The notes beneath the pieces are model-generated. The model had not been told where the DNA came from and did no database searches. It saw only the letters and a program-made list of their open reading frames with translations. DNA of 64,000 nt from Patescibacteria group bacterium (lineage in GTDB: Bacteria > Patescibacteriota > Minisyncoccia > Portnoybacterales > UBA2143): positions 193,980 through 257,979 of the forward strand of contig JAHJSM010000001.1 of NCBI GenBank assembly GCA_018830295.1, read 5' to 3'. How positions within the stretch are numbered: position 1 is the stretch's first letter; every line of letters starts with the position of its first letter. Positions 46,071-55,655 of this stretch are shown in pieces. The position numbers were made by a program, and so were the translations under genes.

Positions 46071-46265
46071 ATGTCAAGAAGATGCTCTCTGTGCGGTAAA
46101 AAATCAATGGTCGCGGTGACAAGAAAGAAACTCCGAGGTAAGTATAACCCGACCAGCAAAAAAAGAAAATACCCCAATTTACAATGGGTTACTCTTGAAG
46201 TTGGAAAAAGAATCAAGGCCTGCGCCAAGTGTATCAAGACAATGGCCAAGACAAACAAGAAATAG
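46071..46265 (+). CDS. rpmB: 50S ribosomal protein L28
   Basis: MSRRCSLCGK...PNLQ...CAKCIK. Confidence 0.88.
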   Translation: MSRRCSLCGKKSMVAVTRKKLRGKYNPTSKKRKYPNLQWVTLEVGKRIKACAKCIKTMAKTNKK

Positions 46266-46286
46266 TAAATAGAATCTAACATCCGA

Positions 46287-46363
46287 CGGGGCGTGGCCTA
46301 GTGGCTTAAGGCGTCGGGCTGGGGGTCCGAAGATCGCAGGTTCAAATCCTGTCGCCCCGACCA
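46287..46363 (+). tRNA. tRNA-Pro(GGG)
   Basis: tcggg-ctGGGgg-tccga; encoded CCA. Confidence 0.92.
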
Positions 46364-46406
46364 AAATAAAAACCCTTAACAGGGCGTTTTTTAATTTCAA
46401 AACAAA

Positions 46407-46553
46407 AGCCTCGCTGTCAGATGATTTTCGAATAGAATTCCGCTATTTCTCTAAGTGGGTGTCAGGAGATAACGCCACGGCGCTAACTCACTTAAGACTC
46501 CCGGACGAAATTATTAAGTCGAAATCTAAAAGAAAAATCCGAACAGCAAAGCT
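46407..46553 (-). ncRNA. ssrS: Probable 6S RNA
   Basis: ~150-nt rod: ends pair (AGCUUUGCUG/CAGCGAGGCU), apical UAAGUGAGU/CCCACUUA, GGGAG and CACCCAC motifs, own promoter TTGACA(46587)-16 nt-TAAGAT. Confidence 0.65.
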
Positions 46554-46596
46554 ATCATCATCTTAACAAATAGACAACCCTTGTCAAGACCATCTT

Positions 46597-47193
46597 TTAC
46601 TCCTTAATCCCATCCAAATTAACATCGTACAAAATCGCTTCTTGAACTAAGCGATATTTGACAATTTCGTTTTCTTTAAACCAAATTTGAATTTCTTTTT
46701 CCGCTTCTTCGGGACTTCCCGAAGCGTGAATAAGATTTCTCACTGCCCTGTTGTCCGTGTCGGCAATCGCGTAAGAATCAAGCGTAAGGTCGCCTCTGAT
46801 TGTTCCGATATCGGAAGTCATTGGCTCCGTCCCGCCAGTAATTTTTCTGATAATTCCCACCGCTTCGTTGCCCTGCCAGACCATCGCCACGACCGGTCCC
46901 GAGGATAAATATTTCTTCAAACTTTCTAAAACCTTTTGACCGCACTGAATTGGGTCATCAAACGGCGGCTTCAATCCTTTTTTAAGATACGCGTTCATCG
47001 CCTTTTCTCCGACCGATTTCAACCATGTCTCAACGATCAAATAATGCCTTTCAACCTGCTCCTCTGTCGGAATTAAAAATTTCAATCCAACCAACTTAAA
47101 ACCAGCCCGCTCATACCGCTTAATTATCTCGCCAATCAATGTTCGCTGAACACCATCTGGTTTAATTAAAACCAAACTTTTCTCTTTTGACAT
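46597..47193 (-). CDS. ndk: Nucleoside diphosphate kinase
   Basis: LIKPDGVQR, SGPVVAMV, GTIRGD, NLIHASGS. Confidence 0.93.
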   Translation of the reverse strand: MSKEKSLVLIKPDGVQRTLIGEIIKRYERAGFKLVGLKFLIPTEEQVERHYLIVETWLKSVGEKAMNAYLKKGLKPPFDDPIQCGQKVLESLKKYLSSGPVVAMVWQGNEAVGIIRKITGGTEPMTSDIGTIRGDLTLDSYAIADTDNRAVRNLIHASGSPEEAEKEIQIWFKENEIVKYRLVQEAILYDVNLDGIKE

Positions 47194-47262
47194 TATGTTT
47201 TTATTCATTTTTTTACTTGATATTTCTAATAATCTACCACAAAAAAACCGCCTTGCCAAGAT

Positions 47263-48129
47263 TCACCGCTCTGTTTTTACCTCAAACAATTCTCCGTTGG
47301 TTAAAATCGTAATATCTCCATTTTTGTCTGTTCGCGAGATGAATGCGTTTTTTAATATATCCAAAACCTCTTGGTTCGGATGCTTGTAGCGATTATTTTC
47401 CCCAACCGAGATAACGGATATTTTCGGATTAACCGCCTTGATGAAGTTATAACTACTTGAGGTTTTGCTTCCGTGATGGGGAACTTTCAAAATATCCGAT
47501 TCCAAATTCGTGTTTCTTTCAATTAAAATATTTTCTATCTTCTTTTCAATATCTCCGGTTAATAAAAATTCGGTTTGTCTGTAAATCAGCCGACTGACGA
47601 CTGAAGCGTTGTTAACACTTTTCGCGTCAACCAGCGGCTGTTCTGGCCAAAGAATTTCTAAAACAATCCCCTCACTTAAAATAATTTTTTGTCCGGCTTG
47701 GGCTATCGTCAAAGGAATATTTTTCTCGTCAATTAACTCCCGCCACTTTTTATAAACAGCCGTGTCCGTCTCAAAACCGCTCGTTAAAATATGTCTGACT
47801 TGATAATACTCCAAAACATCCACCAACCCCGTAATGTGGTCAGCGTCAGGATGCGTTAAAATAAGTAAATCAATTTTTCTATCGTAAAAGGGCATTGTTT
47901 GATTTAATTTTTCCAAAACCGTTTTATCCGGTCCGCCGTCAATTAAAACCTGTTTTTGGAACGGCGTTTCAATAAAAATGCTGTCCCCTTGCCCGACATC
48001 AAAAAAATGAACTTCCAAAATATCGTCCGCTGTCAAAGAAAAAACAGCCGACCAAACAAAAATGGTCCCGACAAGCAAAATCCCCAAGAAGGAATAAGCA
48101 AATTTTCTGTATTTAATAATAAATATCAT
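47263..48129 (-). CDS. ComEC/Rec2 MBL-fold nuclease domain protein
   Basis: FFDVGQGD, LTHPDADH, LTGD, KVPHHGS, NRYKHP. Confidence 0.9.
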   Translation of the reverse strand: MIFIIKYRKFAYSFLGILLVGTIFVWSAVFSLTADDILEVHFFDVGQGDSIFIETPFQKQVLIDGGPDKTVLEKLNQTMPFYDRKIDLLILTHPDADHITGLVDVLEYYQVRHILTSGFETDTAVYKKWRELIDEKNIPLTIAQAGQKIILSEGIVLEILWPEQPLVDAKSVNNASVVSRLIYRQTEFLLTGDIEKKIENILIERNTNLESDILKVPHHGSKTSSSYNFIKAVNPKISVISVGENNRYKHPNQEVLDILKNAFISRTDKNGDITILTNGELFEVKTER

Positions 48130-49492
48130 AAGTTGCCCATGGAAAAGATGATAGATATTCAATTGTTTTAATGAGATAACTCAAAAGAAGCCAAATCGGC
48201 CAGACCACTATTTTCGCCAGAGGCAAATAAATCAGCCCAAGAAAAACAACCATCATTCCCATTCCCATTATAACAGGCAAAAGAGGAACAATCATCAGGT
48301 TGGCGAGTGGAGAAATGAGGGAAATTTGCCCAAATTGAAAAATCAAAATTGGAAGCGTCCCTAATTGCGCCGCCAGAGTCATTGTTAAAATATCTTTTAA
48401 TTGCATAAAATCGGGCAATCTCGCCATTTTTTTGTCTATCATCGGTTTGAGATAAATAATACTCAAAACGGCGGCGAAAGAAAGTTGGAAGCCGACATCA
48501 GCCGCGAGCAAGGACGGATTGACAGCTAACATCACTGTGGCGGCAAAAACTACCGCTCTGTCAGCGCTCCGCAACCGTCCAACTTTTTGCGCCAAAAGAA
48601 GCAGACCCGCCATAATTCCGGCGCGAACTGCCGAAGCCGGCGCGCCAATCATAATGATATAAGAAAAAAGCAGGAAAGAAACGAGGTAAAACGCCTGTCC
48701 GCGCCAGAGTCCGACCGCCAACGCGAGATAGAGAAAAATCTGCGTCATAATAATCATATGCATCCCGCTAATCGCCACGATGTGCCTCGTTCCGCTAATA
48801 TTTAATTTTTCTTTCAACTCATCCGAAAGCCCATATTTATCCCCGAGGAAAATCGCCCCTAAAACCGAAGAATGAGGAGGCAGAAGCGTTTGGTTGATAA
48901 TGCCCCTTAATTTGTTTTTAAAATCAAAAATTTTTTGATAAAACCAATTTCCTTTACCCGCGGCAATTAAATTTATATTCGGATAATAAGCGACTGAATA
49001 AATTTTATCTTTCGCCAAATACGCCCGATAATCAAAATCTTCAAATTGAATTGGCTCTTTTAATTGCCCACTAATTTCCAACTCATCGCCATATTTATAT
49101 TCCGGATACAAATCAGTTGTCACTAAAATCTTTCCGGGAATTCCCTCTGCCTCAAACTGAAATATCTGATTACTAATTCTTTTCTCCGGCTCTTGGATGA
49201 TAACGCCCCTTAAAACAATTTCCTGCTCATAATATTGCCTCATCGCGTCAATTTCATTTTCAGATACCGCCGTCTGATGTCGAATCATCCCGCCCGCCAA
49301 AACCAACAAACAAAACCCCGCCACCAAATATGTTAGACCCTTAGGGTCTAACACGCTTGCGGAAACAACCAAGGCAGTTCCTAAAATTAAAATTCCCAGC
49401 CAAATTGGCCGGGAAATATCAACTGCGGAACTAATTAAAACACCGACGATAAAAGATAAACAGAGATAGAGGAAAATTTTTGACTTGGTCAT
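48113..49492 (-). CDS. comEC: ComEC competence channel (DUF4131 plus Competence domain)
   Basis: HIVAISGMH, SAVRAGIM, DVGFQLSF, ANL. Confidence 0.92.
   Translation of the reverse strand: MTKSKIFLYLCLSFIVGVLISSAVDISRPIWLGILILGTALVVSASVLDPKGLTYLVAGFCLLVLAGGMIRHQTAVSENEIDAMRQYYEQEIVLRGVIIQEPEKRISNQIFQFEAEGIPGKILVTTDLYPEYKYGDELEISGQLKEPIQFEDFDYRAYLAKDKIYSVAYYPNINLIAAGKGNWFYQKIFDFKNKLRGIINQTLLPPHSSVLGAIFLGDKYGLSDELKEKLNISGTRHIVAISGMHMIIMTQIFLYLALAVGLWRGQAFYLVSFLLFSYIIMIGAPASAVRAGIMAGLLLLAQKVGRLRSADRAVVFAATVMLAVNPSLLAADVGFQLSFAAVLSIIYLKPMIDKKMARLPDFMQLKDILTMTLAAQLGTLPILIFQFGQISLISPLANLMIVPLLPVIMGMGMMVVFLGLIYLPLAKIVVWPIWLLLSYLIKTIEYLSSFPWATYDIYY
49331..49353. repeat. Palindrome family C, in frame in comEC
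   Basis: TGTTAGACCCTTAGGGTCTAACA; related TTAGACGTTCAACGTCTAA at 35793-35811. Confidence 0.55.
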
Positions 49493-49504
49493 AAGGCCTC
49501 TGTC

Positions 49505-50206
49505 CTATACTCCGCGTAATTCTACTTGATAAAAATATTGCCGGGCGATTTCAAGCATTTCTTTCAGGTCATCTTCTGAATAAAGTTTAACGCCTCGCCA
49601 AAGACCATTTAAGTTTTTATCCATTTTAAACGGCTGGAGAACAAATGATTTGGCGCCTTTAAGCAACTGCCCTATTTTCCTGATATCCTCCTTATCAATC
49701 AACCCGGGCAAAGCGGTCGTCCTGAATTCATACTCCTTTCCGCTGTTTTTTATCAAATCAACGCTCTCTAAAATATCTTTTTGTTTAATTGTCTTGCCCG
49801 CGACTTGGCAATATTTTTCCGATGAACTTTTGATGTCCATCGCCACAAAATCAAGAAGATTGTTTTTAAGAAGCCGCGCTAAAACTTTTGGCCTGCTCCC
49901 GTTGGTGTCTAATTTAACCAAAAACCCCATTTCTTTTATTTTTCTCGCAAAATCAGCCAAATCGTTTTGAATCGTCGGTTCGCCGCCAGTAATACAAATC
50001 CCTTCCAATAAATTTTTACGGGACTCAAGAAATTCAAAAAAGACCTTCTCCTTAATCATTGGTTGTTTCTTTATCTTCTCCTTGTCAACTAATTCCGGAT
50101 TATGGCAAAAAGAACAATTAAAATTGCAACCAATAGTAAAAACTGTGGCGGCGACTTTGCCCGGATAATCAATCAGAGTCATTTTTTGCAACCCGCCAAT
50201 TAACAT
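49505..50206 (-). CDS. nrdG: Anaerobic RNR activating radical SAM protein
   Basis: GCNFNCSFCHN, ITGGEPT, LDTNG; follows nrdD. Confidence 0.9.
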   Translation of the reverse strand: MLIGGLQKMTLIDYPGKVAATVFTIGCNFNCSFCHNPELVDKEKIKKQPMIKEKVFFEFLESRKNLLEGICITGGEPTIQNDLADFARKIKEMGFLVKLDTNGSRPKVLARLLKNNLLDFVAMDIKSSSEKYCQVAGKTIKQKDILESVDLIKNSGKEYEFRTTALPGLIDKEDIRKIGQLLKGAKSFVLQPFKMDKNLNGLWRGVKLYSEDDLKEMLEIARQYFYQVELRGV

Positions 50207-50211
50207 AAATT

Positions 50212-53200
50212 CTATTTACAATCTTTAATCTTAAATAACTTCCTGTCTTTAAACTCCTCTTGTTTGCCGACATGCCATTGCTGGATTGGTCTAATGTAGC
50301 CGACTACTCTTGAATAGACCTCACAGGGCTGTTTGATGACGCATTTGGGGCAAGTGTAATGCTCGCCAGAAATATATCCATGATGAGGGCAGATCGAAAA
50401 AGTCGGGCTTATAGTCAGATACGGCAAGTGAAAATTTTCAAATATTTTCTTAACCAGATTTTTAATGGTCTGGATATTCTCAATCCGTTCGCCGATAAAA
50501 GTATGAAAGACAATTCCTCCTGTGTATTTCGCTTGGATTTCATCTTGCAGTTTCAACGCTTCAAAAACATCGTCCGTGTAATTCACCGGAAGCATCGTTG
50601 AGTTGGTGTAATACGGATTTTTTTTAGACCCAGCCGTGATAATATCCGGATACTCTTGCTTATCTCTAAGCGCCAATCTGTAACTCGCGCCTTCCGCCGG
50701 CGTCGCTTCAAGATTATAGAGATTGTCTGTTTCTTTTTGATATTTTACCAAACGGTCCCGCATAAAATCAAGGACTTCTACGGTAAATTTTCTGCCTTGG
50801 CGAGAACCAATGTCTTTTCCTATGAAATTAAGCAAGGACTCGTTTGCGCCAACCAATCCAATCGTGGAAAAGTGATTGCCGTAATACTCGCCGCGCATTT
50901 GCTTAACATTACTCAGATAATACTTAGAATACGGATAAAGCCCTTTTTCCATAAAGTTTTCTAAAACCTTCCTCTTTATCTCCAGCGAGTCCTTGGCGAT
51001 ATCCATCGCCCTGCCAAGTCGCTCAAAATATTCCTTCCTTGTTTTTGACAAATAGCCAATCTGTGGAAGATTAATCGTCACGACCCCAATTGAGCCCGTA
51101 AGCGCCCCCGCCCCAAACAACCCTCCGCCCCGCTTGTATAATTCTTTCTTCGAAAGCATCAATCTGCAGCACATGCTTCTGATGTCTTCTGGGTTCATAT
51201 CGGACTGGATGAAGTTTGAAAAATAGTTGATGCCGTACTTCGCCGTCGCTTGCCACATTCCGTCCAAAGACGGATTGTCCCAGTCAAAATCCTTGGTAAT
51301 TGAGACGGTTGGAATAGGGAAGGTGAACGGGCGTCCGCTTCGGTCGCCCTCCATCAGACATTCATAAAACGCCTTGTTGAGCATATTCATTTCTGTCTCA
51401 AACTCGGCATATGTCTCTTCCTGCGGCTTGCCTCCGATAATAACCGGCTGTTTAGCAAACGACTCCGACGGTTTAATATCCAAAGTGACATTAATAAAAG
51501 GCGTGTTGCCTGTAATAAAAACTTTGCCTTTTCTTCTGGCGACAATAGTTTCATTTTTGGTGTTGGGCGACCAAATGACGCCCTTGTAATCCACCTTTTC
51601 TATTTTAGGAATATATGTTTCAGTATGCTTGATCAGCCGCAAAACAAAAATATCCTTTTTACCAATCGTCGGTTTTCTTTTTAAAACCGTGAAGCCATAT
51701 TCAGCGTTAACGCAAATAATTTGCAAACCATCAAGCAATTCTAAATCAGTCACGCTGATTTTACATCCTTCAAATCCGTCTCCTTTGAGATATGTTTCAA
51801 TGAATAATTTTGACTGCCTTTCGTCTAAATTCAACAAATCATCCGGCATAAAATGGACATTTTCCTTAGTCCCAAACCAATTATGAATTTTTCTTGAGCT
51901 TTCGGCGTTGAGCCGCATTCTGCGGACATTATCTCCCAAAGAGGCCGTTTCATATTCCGAATATTCTAAATGAAAATGTTTCAGCAAGCCGACAATTTCT
52001 TTGTAATTTTGAAGATTTCTTATTTTGGACTGATAGATCGAAACACGATAACAACTCCTATGTTTTCCAGGTCGCTCAATCGTCCCTTCGCTAATAATCC
52101 AAGCCATCAATTTTATCTGCTCGTCGCTCATTTTTGAGGTTTTGTTTGAATTTCCTCCAGCGATTGGAATAGCAAAAGGCGACTTCAATTTAGCAACTTC
52201 TTCAATCGTTTCCAAAACACATTTGTCTGTCTGGAATTTTTTTCTAACAACTCTGTGATTCGGAGAAACGAGTTGGTCCTGAATACGATTTTTCAGACGA
52301 TACATTATCCCGCTATATTTTTTCTTGAAAACATAATTGACTTTTTGGTCTTCAATTTTTTTAGTTTCTAAATTAAAGGTTTTAATAATATCGCCCTCGT
52401 TCACTTCTTGATAGCCCTTCCATCCTTGAGGCGTTAAAATTTCTGTATCTTCGGAAACACATTGGAATCCGACCCGTGTCGGCACGGCGCAGTTGAAAAG
52501 AAATTCCTGCATCGCTTGTTTGACTTGATTGTAATTTAAATTATCGTAGCGGATAAAAGGCGCGAGCAGTGTGTCAAAGTTACTCACCGCTTCCGCTCCG
52601 GCCGCTTCGCCTTGAAGGGTGTAAAAGAAATTAACCAATTGCCCCAAAGCGGTCCGCAGATGCTTCGCCGGTTTTGATTCAACCTTGCCTTTAACTCCGC
52701 CAAACCCCCTCAACAAAAGGTCGTATAAATCCCAACCCTGACAATAACAACTTAAACTATCCAAATCGTGAATATGAAAACTTCCGTCGTTAATCGCCTC
52801 TCTCACCTCTTTGGGATAAATCTTATCAAGCCAATATTTTTTGGCAACCGCCGAAACGACATAATGGTTGAGCCCTTGCAAGGAATACGCCATATTGGCG
52901 TTTTCCTTGACCTGCCAATCAAGCTCCTGAATATACTTGTCAATCATCTCAACCGCCTCGTCAATTGCCGTGCTCGCCTCTCGGACGCGCCTTCTTTGCT
53001 CGCGGTAAATAATGTATCTCTTGGCCGTTTCGGCGTAATCGTTGATAATAAAAATCTCTTCAACAATGTCCTGAATTTTTTCTATTTGAGGAATGTCGTC
53101 TTTTTTAAATCTTCTGTTAAGAAGCCCAACGACTTGGTCTGATAATTTTTTAGCGATTCCTTTTCCTCCTTCTTTGGTCGCGGTCAGCGCCTTAAAAACA

Positions 53201-53280
53201 GCTGAAGTAATTTTTGACTGGTCAAAATCAACAATCCTTCCATCTCTTTTTTCTACTTGCTTGAATTTTAATTTAGGCAT
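50212..53280 (-). CDS. nrdD: Class III ribonucleoside-triphosphate reductase with ATP cone and intein
   Basis: VEKRDG ATP cone, HIHDL, SMCCRL, EATPAEG, YSRVVGY glycyl-radical motif. Confidence 0.95.
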   Translation of the reverse strand: MPKLKFKQVEKRDGRIVDFDQSKITSAVFKALTATKEGGKGIAKKLSDQVVGLLNRRFKKDDIPQIEKIQDIVEEIFIINDYAETAKRYIIYREQRRRVREASTAIDEAVEMIDKYIQELDWQVKENANMAYSLQGLNHYVVSAVAKKYWLDKIYPKEVREAINDGSFHIHDLDSLSCYCQGWDLYDLLLRGFGGVKGKVESKPAKHLRTALGQLVNFFYTLQGEAAGAEAVSNFDTLLAPFIRYDNLNYNQVKQAMQEFLFNCAVPTRVGFQCVSEDTEILTPQGWKGYQEVNEGDIIKTFNLETKKIEDQKVNYVFKKKYSGIMYRLKNRIQDQLVSPNHRVVRKKFQTDKCVLETIEEVAKLKSPFAIPIAGGNSNKTSKMSDEQIKLMAWIISEGTIERPGKHRSCYRVSIYQSKIRNLQNYKEIVGLLKHFHLEYSEYETASLGDNVRRMRLNAESSRKIHNWFGTKENVHFMPDDLLNLDERQSKLFIETYLKGDGFEGCKISVTDLELLDGLQIICVNAEYGFTVLKRKPTIGKKDIFVLRLIKHTETYIPKIEKVDYKGVIWSPNTKNETIVARRKGKVFITGNTPFINVTLDIKPSESFAKQPVIIGGKPQEETYAEFETEMNMLNKAFYECLMEGDRSGRPFTFPIPTVSITKDFDWDNPSLDGMWQATAKYGINYFSNFIQSDMNPEDIRSMCCRLMLSKKELYKRGGGLFGAGALTGSIGVVTINLPQIGYLSKTRKEYFERLGRAMDIAKDSLEIKRKVLENFMEKGLYPYSKYYLSNVKQMRGEYYGNHFSTIGLVGANESLLNFIGKDIGSRQGRKFTVEVLDFMRDRLVKYQKETDNLYNLEATPAEGASYRLALRDKQEYPDIITAGSKKNPYYTNSTMLPVNYTDDVFEALKLQDEIQAKYTGGIVFHTFIGERIENIQTIKNLVKKIFENFHLPYLTISPTFSICPHHGYISGEHYTCPKCVIKQPCEVYSRVVGYIRPIQQWHVGKQEEFKDRKLFKIKDCK
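51505..52461 (-). mobile_element. 319-aa LAGLIDADG intein in NrdD
   Basis: VGFQ|CVSEDT...SPNHR...LMAWIISEG...YLKGDG...FITGN|TPF. Confidence 0.92.
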
Positions 53281-53421
53281 AATTTCTGGTGATTAAATTA
53301 TAAAACGAAAAACCCGCCGCATAATAATTGTAAAATTTTATTTGGTGGGTTCTCAATACCTCTATTTTACTCTATATTAAAAAACCGCGCAACAAAAAAG
53401 ATTTGGAAAATCTATTATTCT

Positions 53422-54357
53422 TTATTTTTTTGACCACTTAATTGTTTGTCTGATTCCATCTTCTAACTTTGTTTCAGCTTCCCATTTTAAAACTTTTTTA
53501 GCTTTACCGCAATTCAAACAACTTCTCATCTGTTCTCCTTTTTTAGCTGGGCTAAATTGTTTTTTAATTTTACAATCCAAGATTAATTCTATAATCTCAA
53601 CCATTTGCAAAAGATTAGTCTCAACCGTAGCGCCGATATTAATCTCTCCAACATAATCAGATTTAGCGGAATCTATAAGGGACTTAACTACATCGCCAAC
53701 ATATATAAAATCCCTTGTTTGCAGACCATTGCCATTAATTATACTTTTTTTATTGTTAATCGCGTTGTTGATAAAAATGGCGATTACTCCCGCTTCTCCT
53801 CCCTTAAATTGGTGCGGACCGTAAACATTGCTAAAACGCAAAGAGATATATTTTTGACCGTAAACTTTGTAATAATAATTTAAATATTTCTCAAAAGTTA
53901 ATTTATGAATTCCATAAGGAGAAATCGGTTCTGGCAAATAATCTTCTGCTGTGGGAATTATGCTTGCATCGCCGTAAACCGCGCCTCCGCTGGAAGAAAA
54001 AATTATTTTTTTAATTTTATGCCGATAGCAATTTTCTAAAATATTTAATCCGCCCAAAACATTTATCTCATTATCAAAATTTGAATTCTCTATTGATTTT
54101 CTAACATCAATTTGCGCCGCCAAATGAAAAACAAAATCAATTTTTCTCTTTAAAGATTCTTTTTTAAATATTTCGCTTATTTTTTTAGAACGAATATCAA
54201 CTTGATAAAATTTTGCCTTACAATCAATATACTCCTTTTTGCCAGTTGATAAATCGTCAACAACAACCACTTCATTCCCTAATCTGATTAATTTATCAGA
54301 CAAATTAGAACCAATAAACCCCGCTCCGCCAGTTATTAAAATTTTTTTATTTCTCAT
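53422..54357 (-). CDS. NAD-dependent epimerase/dehydratase (GalE-like)
   Basis: TGGAGFIG, HLAAQ, SPYGIHK, NVYGP, RDFIYV. Confidence 0.92.
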   Translation of the reverse strand: MRNKKILITGGAGFIGSNLSDKLIRLGNEVVVVDDLSTGKKEYIDCKAKFYQVDIRSKKISEIFKKESLKRKIDFVFHLAAQIDVRKSIENSNFDNEINVLGGLNILENCYRHKIKKIIFSSSGGAVYGDASIIPTAEDYLPEPISPYGIHKLTFEKYLNYYYKVYGQKYISLRFSNVYGPHQFKGGEAGVIAIFINNAINNKKSIINGNGLQTRDFIYVGDVVKSLIDSAKSDYVGEINIGATVETNLLQMVEIIELILDCKIKKQFSPAKKGEQMRSCLNCGKAKKVLKWEAETKLEDGIRQTIKWSKK

Positions 54358-54448
54358 AATATAATTATGAAACTAAATTTATCTTAAGTCAAACAAAAAA
54401 AACAACGGATTTGCCCGCTGTTTTTAAATCTTAAAAAATTTGGAAAAT

Positions 54449-55579
54449 CTATTTCATTTTCCGTCTGATAAAGGCTGGAACATCCCATTCGCTCTCTTGA
54501 TCGTCTTCGGAAATAACTTTTTGCGCGCTACCGAGCGTTGGTCTTTTTTCATCCACTTTCCTTTCCTCTCCTCTGTTAACTCTTGAAATATCTTGAATTC
54601 TCGAATCAGCCGGCTTTTTCATCGCGTCCTCAAAATTGGTGGCGATCACCGTAATCTTAATTTCACCCTTTTTTAATTTATCATCCATGACCGCTCCAAA
54701 AATAACTTTCGCGTCGGGGTCAATTGACTCCGTAATAATTTTGGCCGCCTCGTTGATTTCGGTCATTGTCAAATCAGGACCGCCGCTCACATTGAAAAGC
54801 ACTCCCTTGGCTCCGTCAATAGAAACCTCCAAAAGAGGAGAATTGATCGCCGCTTTCGCCGCTTCAACCGCTCTGTCCTCACCAGAAGCCCGTCCAATTC
54901 CCATTAAAGCCGAACCAGCGTCTTGCATAATCGCCTTAATATCGGCGAAATCAACATTAACAATACCTGGCGTCACGACCAAATCGGAAATTCCCTGAAC
55001 CGCTTGTCTTAAAACATCGTCAACAATTGAAAACGCGTTCAAAAGCGATGTTTTATGGTCAATCACCGAAAGAAGTTTGTCATTAGGAATAGTAATTAAA
55101 GTATCAACTCTGTCTTTAAGCTGAGCAATGCCCTCTTCCGCGAATCGCGCTCTTTGTTTTCCTTCAAAAGAAAATGGCTTAGTCACCACTGCCACAGTCA
55201 AAGCGCCCGAGTCCTTCGCCGCCTCCGCGATAATCGGAGCCGCACCCGTGCCCGTTCCTCCGCCCATGCCACAAGCGATAAAAACCATATCGGCGCCCTT
55301 AACCACTTCATGAATTTCGTCTCTATTTTCTTCCGCTGCCTGACGACCCACTTCTGGATTCATGCCCGAGCCAAGTCCTTTGGTTAAATTTTTGCCAATG
55401 TGAACTTTTTCCGGCGCCTTGACATGATGCAAATCCTGGGCATCCGTGTTAATCGCCACAAAATCAACGCCTTGAATTTTACAAGCCAACATTCTTGAAA
55501 TAGCGTTTCCGCCACTGCCGCCGACGCCAATCACTTTAATTTTAGCAAAACTCTCCACCTCAGGTTTGATTTGAGCCAT
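54449..55579 (-). CDS. ftsZ: Cell division protein FtsZ
   Basis: GMGGGTGTG, NVDFAD, DVPAFIRR tail. Confidence 0.97.
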   Translation of the reverse strand: MAQIKPEVESFAKIKVIGVGGSGGNAISRMLACKIQGVDFVAINTDAQDLHHVKAPEKVHIGKNLTKGLGSGMNPEVGRQAAEENRDEIHEVVKGADMVFIACGMGGGTGTGAAPIIAEAAKDSGALTVAVVTKPFSFEGKQRARFAEEGIAQLKDRVDTLITIPNDKLLSVIDHKTSLLNAFSIVDDVLRQAVQGISDLVVTPGIVNVDFADIKAIMQDAGSALMGIGRASGEDRAVEAAKAAINSPLLEVSIDGAKGVLFNVSGGPDLTMTEINEAAKIITESIDPDAKVIFGAVMDDKLKKGEIKITVIATNFEDAMKKPADSRIQDISRVNRGEERKVDEKRPTLGSAQKVISEDDQESEWDVPAFIRRKMK

Positions 55580-55655
55580 AATATTAAAAATTAAACTTTT
55601 AATTTATTATACATACTTCCCTAAAAAACGCAAGTATTTTTATGAAAATTCAAAT

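Noticed and set aside
47263-49492. Split comEC as a frameshifted pseudogene
   Set aside because: Both halves have intact motifs and the second has its own start and membrane anchor; a natural split is common
53281-53421. NrdR box or riboswitch upstream of nrdD
   Set aside because: Only a weak AACCCACC/GGCGGGTT pairing; no recognisable NrdR or aptamer consensus
53422-54357. Low-GC epimerase as part of a genomic island
   Set aside because: Compositionally distinct but a single gene with no mobility genes or flanking repeats visible
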